A stretch of 21,729 nt of DNA from Oligoflexales bacterium (GTDB taxonomy: Bacteria; Bdellovibrionota_B; Oligoflexia; Oligoflexales; Bog-1112): NCBI GenBank assembly GCA_045105515.1, contig JBGCDR010000361.1:1-21729 (forward strand), read 5' to 3'. The notes under the pieces are model-generated. The model did no database searches. It was not told the DNA's origin and worked only from the letters and a program-made list of their open reading frames with translations. Position numbers and translations under genes: made by a program. Positions 8,632 to 16,939 of the stretch are shown piece after piece; the stretch's first letter is position 1; each line of letters starts with the position of its first letter.

Positions 8632-10023
8632 ATGGCCCAAGAATTCACAAGCATACTCAACCAAGAAATTACCAAAAAAGTAGCAAATTTTTATGAACGC
8701 TTCCCTTACCCAAATTATCCGTTGTTTGCACGTCCATATTGTCCTGATGCTTACTGGTCGTCTTCTAGGGTACTTGGAGTCCTAGCTTCAGACTTAACAG
8801 GATATCCTTGCGGTGTACTAACTCAGCTCCCCCAAGCCCTGGAACACCATCAAATTTTAGTACTCGGTTGTGGAGACACCCAACCATACCTGTTCAAAAA
8901 GTGGGAACCACTAAATCACCACATAAACTTTGTGGACTTATCCGGTAAAAGCCTCTTCCGCGCTCGTCTAAGGTTTGGTATCCATGCACGCAAAGTTGAT
9001 TGGGTACATTCTGATCTTGGCTCCTTCCTCAGTGCTGCAGCAGAAACACGAAGAAAATTCAACCATATAGATGCCTATGGAGTATTACATCATCTTGCAG
9101 AGCCTAGTGTTGCTCTTAAGTTGATCGCGAAAAGCCTAGCTCCAGCAGGCACCCTTAGAATCATGGTTTACAATCAAAAAGCTAGAGACTGGATTCGCGA
9201 AATTCAAAAAATATTTAAGCTTTGTAAACTCAAATCTAACAACAGAGAAGATCGATTATTAGCCAAAAGACTTCTTCAGCAAATGACAAAGCTTCCCAGT
9301 TTGGAACGATACTTTCAGGGACTAGGCCCTCAAATATTCGCTAATGAACACAGATTATGCGATACTTTTTTTAATGAACGCGAAGTTAGCTGGCTTCCAA
9401 ATAAATGGATCGAGACCTTAAAGAATATTGGTTTAGTTCCAATAAGCTTATTAGATCGCTACGGAGAACTTGATGATTTAGAGAATCCTCTGTGGAACTT
9501 TCCTAGCGAAGATCAGCTTAAAATTAGGTACTTGGATAAAAGATTTGAAAATAATCTCGAGATTTTAGCTATAAACCCAAATAACACCAAGACAGATAGC
9601 ATTGTACCTAGATCTCGCTTTAATAATATCAGGACAAAAGGTGTACCCGAAAAATGGTTTGATTACCTCGAAACTAAAAATACTTCTATCGAGACAAAGA
9701 AACTGTTATGGAAGAATTTCATTAGCCGACTTGAGCAGCCGAATGAAACCTTACAATTGCCCATTGAAAAAACTGATCATACTTGCTTACAGCGTTTGGC
9801 ACGCTTGGGCGCTATATTCCCCCAAAACGCGAAAAAAATGGGGGTATTTGATCTGCTGATGAAACCAATATGTGAAGTAATGGAAGCTCCCTCCAAGCTA
9901 ACAACTGAAAATTTGCATCCGAAACTGTATAAGGAAATCAAAAACATATTAAGGATCAAGAACATTCACGACAATAGGTTCTTAGCTTTGATCACTCATA
10001 GAATTTTGCGCATAAATCAATAA
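8632..10023 (+). CDS. Class I SAM-dependent methyltransferase with C-terminal extension
   Basis: V..FYE.FPYP N-terminal motif, motif I ILVLGCG, VDLS..SL..AR, GVLHHL..P...L..I...LAP.G.L.IMVY. Confidence 0.8.
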   Translation: MAQEFTSILNQEITKKVANFYERFPYPNYPLFARPYCPDAYWSSSRVLGVLASDLTGYPCGVLTQLPQALEHHQILVLGCGDTQPYLFKKWEPLNHHINFVDLSGKSLFRARLRFGIHARKVDWVHSDLGSFLSAAAETRRKFNHIDAYGVLHHLAEPSVALKLIAKSLAPAGTLRIMVYNQKARDWIREIQKIFKLCKLKSNNREDRLLAKRLLQQMTKLPSLERYFQGLGPQIFANEHRLCDTFFNEREVSWLPNKWIETLKNIGLVPISLLDRYGELDDLENPLWNFPSEDQLKIRYLDKRFENNLEILAINPNNTKTDSIVPRSRFNNIRTKGVPEKWFDYLETKNTSIETKKLLWKNFISRLEQPNETLQLPIEKTDHTCLQRLARLGAIFPQNAKKMGVFDLLMKPICEVMEAPSKLTTENLHPKLYKEIKNILRIKNIHDNRFLALITHRILRINQ

Positions 10024-10080
10024 GATTCGAAAATTCAGACAGTTTATCCAAGTTCAAAAATCACTTGAACGTTTATTTTG

Positions 10081-10109
10081 TTGACTTAAATTTCTCAGCA
10101 TTTTAACTT
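10081..10109 (+). promoter_or_regulatory. Putative sigma70 promoter for the 10152 gene
   Basis: TTGACT (10081-10086), 17-nt spacer, TAACTT (10104-10109); a GAGGG RBS precedes the ATG at 10152. Confidence 0.5.
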
Positions 10110-10151
10110 ATTGGCCGGCCAACTAAATCTAAAACAAGAGGGTCGACACTC

Positions 10152-11627
10152 ATGAAAATCAAAGCTTACAATCATTTAATATCTATATTTTCATTACTTT
10201 ACCTATATAACTCACTTTTTCACGGTAACACTTCCTATGCACAGCGGCGTCAAAGCCTCAGCAACTCAGACCTTTCTTCCAATGAAATTCCTCAAGTATG
10301 TCAGGGAAATCTAGAAGAACACCAACAAGCATTCTTTACCCAACTAGAAACTGCACTTGAAACGGGTAACGAGAAAGATTTGGTTCTTATCATTACTCAG
10401 TTCGCCAACTCTGGTTGCTTATTTTCCGACACCTTCGTGGAAGCTTTTCGTTTTTTAGTGAACAGTAATAATGAAACAGGCAAGGAAAAACTAGCCGAGT
10501 ACTTTACTAAGCCTATGATTGAACAACTTTCCAAGGACCATCGAAGCGAACTATGTAAGCATTTGCTACAAAACCATAGTAAAAAATACCAGATTGATAT
10601 TGCATTCTTAGAAAAATCTCTAAGCGAGCGTGAATCATTTTTTAGATTAATCTTAAATTGCCTCCGTGAGGCTGGCCCTCAAAATCTAGAAACTGCATCC
10701 ATACTGCTGAGTATTGATAAAAACTTTATCAGCCCAAAACTATTAGCCTGCCTCATTAACAAGAGAACAAATGAACAAATTGATCGCATTTTGCGGGTAT
10801 TCTATCCCTATGATCTAATTTCCGATGAAGTTCTAAGTCACCTTAACCAGGCTGCAACAGATATTTTAACGGAAATTGACCTAGAATTAATCCTACTACA
10901 TAACGAAGTAGGTTCAATTGATCATTTGGACGAATATGAACCTGAAGATATGGACATGAACTCTGATGAGCTTTTCTCTATGTTAGGAATGCTTGTAAAG
11001 CCAAAACAACTCCTTGAACAAACCATCAAGACAGCAAAAGAAAGTCCTGAAGCAATGATCACAGCCTGCATTGCAGCTATTGACGAAGGAGACCAATTGT
11101 TTTTTCCGGTACTTCTCGAAGAAGCCTTACGTATGCTAGATGCGAATCAAGTCATTTATTTGCTAGACTACGCTGCAGCTTCTGGTGTTCCAATGTTTGT
11201 TGGGATTGTTTGCCGAATTGCTCCTAACTTTGACCAAATTCCCTTGTTTTCGCCTAGAGCAAAGAGCAATATGTTAGCTGCTAAAAAATCTGAAGAAGTT
11301 GCTATAAGTATTGCTTCAGCATATTGGTCTAGGGTCGTAAGAGATAAAAACCTTCAATTGTCTGAGCAGAGAGAGTACGAACAGATACTTAATTTAATAG
11401 AAATAGGATTGGCTCAGTTCATTGTATTAGAAGAGTACCCACCTTATTCGCAAGCTGACTTAAAAACTCTAAATGATTACCTTTTAGACTTAATAAATAA
11501 CGGTAAGATTAGTTTTCATCAAGGTATTGATAGCCAAACCATTTTTGATATCTGCAAATCTTGGGGTGAAAAACTTAAACAGTATGGACTTGTGGCGAGT
11601 ATGAAAACCCAAAATCCCTATTACTAG
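10152..11627 (+). CDS. Exported alpha-helical hypothetical protein with degenerate ankyrin-like segments
   Basis: 491-aa ORF; hydrophobic N-terminus ending TSYA|Q; helix-turn-helix segments LETALETGNEKDLVLII, ACIAAIDEGDQLFFPVLL and LLDYAAASGVPMFVGIV. Confidence 0.65.
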   Translation: MKIKAYNHLISIFSLLYLYNSLFHGNTSYAQRRQSLSNSDLSSNEIPQVCQGNLEEHQQAFFTQLETALETGNEKDLVLIITQFANSGCLFSDTFVEAFRFLVNSNNETGKEKLAEYFTKPMIEQLSKDHRSELCKHLLQNHSKKYQIDIAFLEKSLSERESFFRLILNCLREAGPQNLETASILLSIDKNFISPKLLACLINKRTNEQIDRILRVFYPYDLISDEVLSHLNQAATDILTEIDLELILLHNEVGSIDHLDEYEPEDMDMNSDELFSMLGMLVKPKQLLEQTIKTAKESPEAMITACIAAIDEGDQLFFPVLLEEALRMLDANQVIYLLDYAAASGVPMFVGIVCRIAPNFDQIPLFSPRAKSNMLAAKKSEEVAISIASAYWSRVVRDKNLQLSEQREYEQILNLIEIGLAQFIVLEEYPPYSQADLKTLNDYLLDLINNGKISFHQGIDSQTIFDICKSWGEKLKQYGLVASMKTQNPYY

Positions 11628-11657
11628 TTCCCTCACTAAACTGTGAGTGGTTCATAT

Positions 11658-12245
11658 TTACATTGTATCTACGGGAGTAAACATTTTATCAACATAAGAA
11701 GAAAAATTTTGAGGATCTTTAATTTTAGCAATATTAGCACTCATGATCCCAATGCTGTTGTTAGGTAAATGATGCAGGTCAAGGATACAGTGACCTAATT
11801 CATGATAAAGCAAAATTTTCAATTTATTGTCATCTGCAATCTTATATTTCTCGTAAGACTTTTGATCTATTTTTATCTCAAGCCAAGAGTATGACGTTTT
11901 ACCCAGTAATCCGGTATTTTTTTTCTTCACCTTACGACAAATCGCTACAGAATCTTCATGATATGTCTTAGGAAGTTCACTCACTACTGTGACAACCTTA
12001 AGTAAGTTAAATTTATTGCTATCATAAGATACCTTATGGAGATCTAAATCTTTGCGAAATTCGGAAATGATCCCATTTAAATCTGCGTCAATTTCCTTGT
12101 TGGGGATAGAGTTCTTAACCAAGCCCTTACTGATATGGTAAGGTACCGAAGGTCCATAAGTAGTGCTAAGCATGCCCATAGACCCAGGGCCACAAGCATA
12201 TCCACCAGTTATCAAAACACTAAATAATAATAAAAATTTCAACAT
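11658..12245 (-). CDS. Lipoprotein zinc metallopeptidase (metzincin/matrixin-like)
   Basis: MLKFLLLFSVLITGGYAC lipoprotein-like signal (start 12245); zinc motif HELGHCILDLHH followed by the Met-turn GIMS. Confidence 0.78.
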   Translation of the reverse strand: MLKFLLLFSVLITGGYACGPGSMGMLSTTYGPSVPYHISKGLVKNSIPNKEIDADLNGIISEFRKDLDLHKVSYDSNKFNLLKVVTVVSELPKTYHEDSVAICRKVKKKNTGLLGKTSYSWLEIKIDQKSYEKYKIADDNKLKILLYHELGHCILDLHHLPNNSIGIMSANIAKIKDPQNFSSYVDKMFTPVDTM

Positions 12246-12303
12246 ATGAAATTTACCCCAAAATTTATGACACAATTTCTGTATTAATTACACAGCAACT
12301 ATC

Positions 12304-12331
12304 CTATCGGTAGAACTGGAAATTTTGTTGA
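12304..12331 (-). promoter_or_regulatory. Possible sigma28 (FliA)-type promoter of the metallopeptidase
   Basis: The minus strand reads TCAA-N16-ACCGATAG versus consensus TAAA-N15-GCCGATAA, about 60 nt upstream of the ATG at 12245. Confidence 0.3.
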
Positions 12332-12389
12332 ACCCCAAAGATAAGCAACTAATATAGTAATATTATCAACATGCAAATAATTCAAAAAT

Positions 12390-12425
12390 AAAAAAAAAAG
12401 GAGACTTAAAATAAAAATACGCCCC
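12390..12425 (-). terminator. Possible weak intrinsic terminator after the TolC-like gene
   Basis: Minus strand GGGGC-(15 nt)-GUCUC, a stem with two G-U pairs, followed by C and ten U (A10 at 12390-12399 on +). Confidence 0.3.
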
Positions 12426-12439
12426 GATTAGATGTGGAA

Positions 12440-14191
12440 TCAAAGTGAAGTCTGGAATATGCGGGAAAAGCGACCATTATTGAGGTTAAAATTAAGAAGC
12501 TCTTTCTGCTCAGGTGTTAAATTAACTTCATTCTCCTCTAAATAGTTCTTTAGTACCATAAAGTAATTTCTTGATCGCCTCTTAGCTTGCAAAAGCCGGT
12601 CGAGGTGTTCTTTTACAATGTCTTTTGTGCTAGTAGTTTCAAAATTAGTCCAAGCTCGCCGTTGCGCTCTGCCTTCAAGAAACCTTTTTAAATCCTTACT
12701 TCTTTGAAGTTTGTCGATATAGTTTTCTATACTTTGCGTGTATGCTAACGGATTCTTCTTTCCTAGAGATCCGATTGCAGCATCAACATCAAGCTCACTT
12801 GGCAAAAATCGCTTAATCTCTTGGGTATCACTTAAGAGGTAACGTCGAAGGACCGCCTTATCTCTTAAACCATTATGCAAAACATTATTTCTTTGAATCT
12901 CAGCTCGTACGATATTTTGGAAAGATGTGATAAACTTCTCATCAATATACTCTGAATCTTTTTCGTCTAGTTTTGCCAGTTCTCCATAAAATAGCCGTTG
13001 GCTAAGGGTGATTGCATTGTCAGCTTCTATAAAAGAAAGATAAGAATTTCCATAGTTTCCATAAGATCTTCTTGCTGTATCCAAAAAATACAGTATTTCC
13101 CTAGCAACATTGATTTCAAACTCTCTTCTTTGTGAATTTGCTCTTAGAATTGATGGAATAGTGCCATAGCCAATACTAATTCCGAGCCCAGGGTCTATTC
13201 CGCTACTCCTATCACTGAGTACATTGCCAATTGCTCTGATTCCAAAAGTTTCATTTGCGGCGTCTGCTAGGTTGCTTGCAATTAGTACTTCAATAGATTT
13301 CTCGAATGTAGTTTGCACAAAAAGTTCTTTGGAATAAGAAAGATCTCCCAATTCTTCAAATGGCTTCAATTCACTAGGAAAAGCATCAATTAGATCAGCG
13401 CGTATGGATTTTGCTGACAGATTATTATTTTCATCGGTAATTATTGTCATTGCAAAAGCTAGATTGTTATGATGAATACCGATGCGATTAACAAAATCGG
13501 CAAGATCTATGCTTAGATTAGAATAAAGGCTTTGCAAAATATAACGCTCATCTTGGCTGATATTTATCCTATTTTCAAGGATTTGCAGGTTGCATAGATA
13601 AAAGGATGTTATTTCACAGTTAAGAAGAATTCGATGGAGATCCAAAAAAACTAACTGAATGTTCAAATAACTATCCAATCCTGCCTTTAAAACTGTATTC
13701 CGCGCAATGTCATAGCGAATATTGCTTCTCTTAATTTTCAGCCAATTTTGCGGGAACAAGAATCCGAACAAGCCAGAAAATGCTTCTGGAAAAGAAATTG
13801 CTGAGCCATCAGCTATCTTTAAATTTACACTTGGTATGATTCGACCAATATCCTCATGCTGCCCATAGCGAGCTTGGAGCAAACGCTCAAAACTAAAGAT
13901 TAGATCGAAAGAACTTCGCATGGCATAATTTATAGCTTGATTGAAGGGAATTATCTGCTCACGATTTTTTAGAAAATACTGACTATATAGCTGTGTAAAC
14001 TCATCGTGTATATCTTCACCTTGTGCATAGTTGTTTTTACCAAAAAAGTTTTTAGTCCGAATAATTTCGTCGATGGTTTCTTGATCTAAAATCTTCTTGT
14101 AAGAAAATGGTTCAGCCTTAGAATGGGGACTATTTATACCGACCCATAGGCCCAAACATATGATTAGCAAAACCCTAGAAGAACAAGACAT
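12440..14191 (-). CDS. TolC-like outer membrane channel protein (divergent) with C-terminal extension
   Basis: Signal peptide (..HSKA|E); TolC-like layout: QAINYAMRSS helix, IIPSVNL strand, GFLFPQNW, long amphipathic helices, then a second half-repeat (FEKSIEV ... GLGISIGYG ... helices). Confidence 0.6.
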   Translation of the reverse strand: MSCSSRVLLIICLGLWVGINSPHSKAEPFSYKKILDQETIDEIIRTKNFFGKNNYAQGEDIHDEFTQLYSQYFLKNREQIIPFNQAINYAMRSSFDLIFSFERLLQARYGQHEDIGRIIPSVNLKIADGSAISFPEAFSGLFGFLFPQNWLKIKRSNIRYDIARNTVLKAGLDSYLNIQLVFLDLHRILLNCEITSFYLCNLQILENRINISQDERYILQSLYSNLSIDLADFVNRIGIHHNNLAFAMTIITDENNNLSAKSIRADLIDAFPSELKPFEELGDLSYSKELFVQTTFEKSIEVLIASNLADAANETFGIRAIGNVLSDRSSGIDPGLGISIGYGTIPSILRANSQRREFEINVAREILYFLDTARRSYGNYGNSYLSFIEADNAITLSQRLFYGELAKLDEKDSEYIDEKFITSFQNIVRAEIQRNNVLHNGLRDKAVLRRYLLSDTQEIKRFLPSELDVDAAIGSLGKKNPLAYTQSIENYIDKLQRSKDLKRFLEGRAQRRAWTNFETTSTKDIVKEHLDRLLQAKRRSRNYFMVLKNYLEENEVNLTPEQKELLNFNLNNGRFSRIFQTSL

Positions 14192-14621
14192 ATAGAACCT
14201 TTCTGCAAATCTCTTTATCTTTCTTTTTAGGTGTTAACCTTAGGAACATGATTGTTCAAGTGAAAAGTTCTTGATTCGACTATACTACTATAGTATGGTT
14301 CCATCCCTATTGGGCTGAACAAGAAGAACAAATGAAAATTTGGTGATACAACTGTTCATTTAAGCTAAAAAATGTCCACTTGGTTCCCAATTGCCATCGC
14401 AACATTATTAACAAATTTTTCACTCAAGGTCTAAGTTGTATGGATGGGATTTTTTGCCTAATTTTTAAGCTTACTATGCTCGTGTCTGCCGACTGCTTGC
14501 TGATACATCTCTAGGCTCTATCATTCTATTTGGAAAAGACTGAGATAGTCCTCAATAGCTGGTAGTAAAATGAAAAAATTCATCAGAAAAATGCGCTCCA
14601 AATCGACTATCACAAACTTGC

Positions 14622-14635
14622 TTGATAAATATCAA
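14622..14635 (+). promoter_or_regulatory. FNR/CRP-family binding site upstream of the desaturase
   Basis: Exact TTGAT-AAAT-ATCAA; candidate -10 TAACAT at 14659-14664; RBS AGGGA at 14681-14685. Confidence 0.7.
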
Positions 14636-14691
14636 ACGGCTACACTCGAATGCGTAGGTAACATTGCATGTGTATATCATAGGGAAAAATC

Positions 14692-15843
14692 ATGACTTTA
14701 GAAGAAGCAAAACCGCAAACAAGCTCAGTTTACGGTGCCAAATGGCACCAAACTTATACAGAAGAAGACCCACCAAGTCTCGCAGCTATAAAAAAGACCA
14801 TCCCCAAACACTGTTTTGAATCATCACTGACAAAGTCTCTATTGTACCTGTTTAAGGACATTTTATTAGTCACTTTATCCTTTTTTGTAATGTTATATTG
14901 GGGAAGTAAGCTTGCAAGCCCCTTTCAAGAAATCGCCTGGGTGATTTATTGGTTTTTTCAAGGAACCTTATTTTGGGCTTTATTTGTAGTGGGGCATGAT
15001 TGTGGCCATGAGTCTTTTTCTAAATACAGACAAATCAACAATATCCTGGGCAGCATCGTCCATGGTTTTTTGTTAGTCCCTTACAAGTCTTGGGCATTAA
15101 GCCATAGGCATCACCACAAATACACTTCCAATTTTCACAAAGATGACCTATTTGCCCCAGAAATAGAAAGTAGCAAACCCTGGAAGAAGCGCAAGACCCA
15201 CTGGACTGCTAAATTAAGAAGACTTTCCGCAGGGATGCTTGGCTTGATGTGGCTACCTTACCTCATTGCATTTTCAAAATCATTAAGTTCACATTTCTGG
15301 CCTTTCGATCTATTGTTCAAGGACAACCGAAAATGGGTAAGCATCTCCATTCTTGTTGTATTCGTTTTTACGGCCATATTTTCTTGGACTTCGCTAAAAT
15401 ATGGAATTTGGTTTCTCACAGCTTATTATTTAATCCCTTGGTTTATCTTTGCATCTTGGCTAGTTATCACCACTTTTCTCCACCACAATCATGAGGATGT
15501 TCCTTGGTATAGCAAGAATTCATGGAATTTTGTGAAAGGAAGCCTGTCAACTATGGACCGTTCATATGGAATATTCAATAATCTAGTCCATCATATTGGA
15601 ACCCACCAAATACACCACTTATTTAGCTTCATTCCACATTATCATCTCGTAGAAGCAACTCATCACTTTCGTAGAGCATTCCCAAATCACTATAGATACT
15701 GCCACGATTCAATAATCAAGGAATACTGGGATGCAAGTATGAGATATACAAATTATGGGTTTATGGAAAAAGGTGAAGATCACTTCAGCTATAAAAATGC
15801 TAAACCCATCCGAAAGAATATGAGTCCTGCCAAGTCAACATAA
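14692..15843 (+). CDS. Membrane fatty acid desaturase, delta12/omega-3 family (most like omega-3: DesB/FAD3/oomycete delta17)
   Basis: N-terminal PPSL..IK..IP.HCFE.S...SL.Y; His boxes HDCGH (14995-15009), HRHHH (15103-15117) and HQIHH (15604-15618); TFLHH, DRSYG and IPHYHL.EAT; multiple TM segments. Confidence 0.93.
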   Translation: MTLEEAKPQTSSVYGAKWHQTYTEEDPPSLAAIKKTIPKHCFESSLTKSLLYLFKDILLVTLSFFVMLYWGSKLASPFQEIAWVIYWFFQGTLFWALFVVGHDCGHESFSKYRQINNILGSIVHGFLLVPYKSWALSHRHHHKYTSNFHKDDLFAPEIESSKPWKKRKTHWTAKLRRLSAGMLGLMWLPYLIAFSKSLSSHFWPFDLLFKDNRKWVSISILVVFVFTAIFSWTSLKYGIWFLTAYYLIPWFIFASWLVITTFLHHNHEDVPWYSKNSWNFVKGSLSTMDRSYGIFNNLVHHIGTHQIHHLFSFIPHYHLVEATHHFRRAFPNHYRYCHDSIIKEYWDASMRYTNYGFMEKGEDHFSYKNAKPIRKNMSPAKST

Positions 15844-15858
15844 ACCACCTCTCAAATC

Positions 15859-16791
15859 TTATATGCGGCTACTTGCCTTTTTCGAGCAGTGCTCCGAAAT
15901 AATTTGTCTTAGCCATTTATGACCTTCGTCATTATCCATGCTATGGTGCCAAACCATATTGATACTTGCAGACGGATGGGCCTTTGGCATCTCTATTTTT
16001 ACAATGGGAAAATATTTAACTGCCTTTGTTGCAATTGATTTTGTCACTATCCCAATATGATTTGATTCGGCAACTATTTGCGGAATAGAAAGCATGCTTT
16101 GGACATTTAAAATTTTCTCCGCTTTTACTTCAAATACATTGATCAATTTTTGAATGATTGCACTTTTATGCTCTCTTGGGTTGACACAAATTAAGGGAAA
16201 ATCCTTAAACCAGGAACCATCAAATCCTTTACTAGCCAAAGGATGATTCTTCCTAAAAATAATGCTAAAGCTCTCTTTTAAAAACGGCCGCATCTTAAAA
16301 TCTGATAATTCGAAGGGAAGCCATTCCAAAGCTAAATGGATGCTACCTGCCCTCATACCCGCAATATTGTCTAGACCAAAGCCTTTTGCAAGTTTTAGGC
16401 TAATATTAGGAGCCTGTTCTGCAAGAAATCTATAGAAATCGGTGAGTAAAAAATAATTGCTAAACTCTCCCATTGCCAAAACAAATTCTCTCACTTCACA
16501 ACTGGGATCAAAAGGTGTCCTTTTATGCAGGATAGTTCGGCTTACAGCTGTTAAGGCTTCTTTTACTTCGGGAGCAATTTTTTTAGTAAATTCCGTCGGG
16601 ATCATACCAGATTTGGTTCTCACAAATAAGGGATCGCCGTAAAAATCCCGCAAGCGGGCAAGAGAATGTGAGATGGCTGATTGAGTCAGGCTCAACTTCT
16701 TGCTCACTTTTCCAAGGTGGCCAATCTCATAGATTGCTTGGAATATTACCAGCAAATTTAGATCAATGTTTCTCAAAGTTCTACTTGTCAT
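15859..16791 (-). CDS. LysR-family transcriptional regulator (NodD/LeuO/nitroaromatic-like subfamily)
   Basis: IDLNLLVIFQAIY, HTH LSLTQSAISHSLARLR...GDPLFVRT..GM.PT, C-terminal WHH..DND.GH.WLR. The ATG at 16791 gives the typical LysR N-terminus. Confidence 0.93.
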   Translation of the reverse strand: MTSRTLRNIDLNLLVIFQAIYEIGHLGKVSKKLSLTQSAISHSLARLRDFYGDPLFVRTKSGMIPTEFTKKIAPEVKEALTAVSRTILHKRTPFDPSCEVREFVLAMGEFSNYFLLTDFYRFLAEQAPNISLKLAKGFGLDNIAGMRAGSIHLALEWLPFELSDFKMRPFLKESFSIIFRKNHPLASKGFDGSWFKDFPLICVNPREHKSAIIQKLINVFEVKAEKILNVQSMLSIPQIVAESNHIGIVTKSIATKAVKYFPIVKIEMPKAHPSASINMVWHHSMDNDEGHKWLRQIISEHCSKKASSRI

Positions 16792-16828
16792 AAAGAGTCC
16801 ATTTATAAGCTGAGATTGATACGGTCCC

Positions 16829-16858
16829 ATTATGAATATTAATAATTTATATTATGAA
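16829..16858. promoter_or_regulatory. Candidate LysR operator in the divergent intergenic region
   Basis: Near-perfect 18-bp palindrome ATTATGAATATTAATAAT (16829-16846); ATTATGAA recurs 22 bp downstream (16851-16858). Confidence 0.4.
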
Positions 16859-16939
16859 GAGTGTGAATTGGAAAAATATTTTTAAACGCCCTAGTTTTCT
16901 ACTAAAGAGAAATAGCTTATGTCTTGCAAGGAGAAATCT

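Noticed and set aside
14440..14514. 24-codon hydrophobic ORF (MDGIFCLIFKLTMLVSADCLLIHL) in the TolC-desaturase spacer
   Set aside because: No convincing RBS, and this length is expected by chance.
16835..16862. dif-like 11-6-11 arrangement (minus strand ACTCTTCATAA-TATAAA-TTATTAATATT)
   Set aside because: The XerD-side arm matches TTATGTTAAAT at only 6 of 11 positions in very AT-rich DNA; a LysR operator explains it better.
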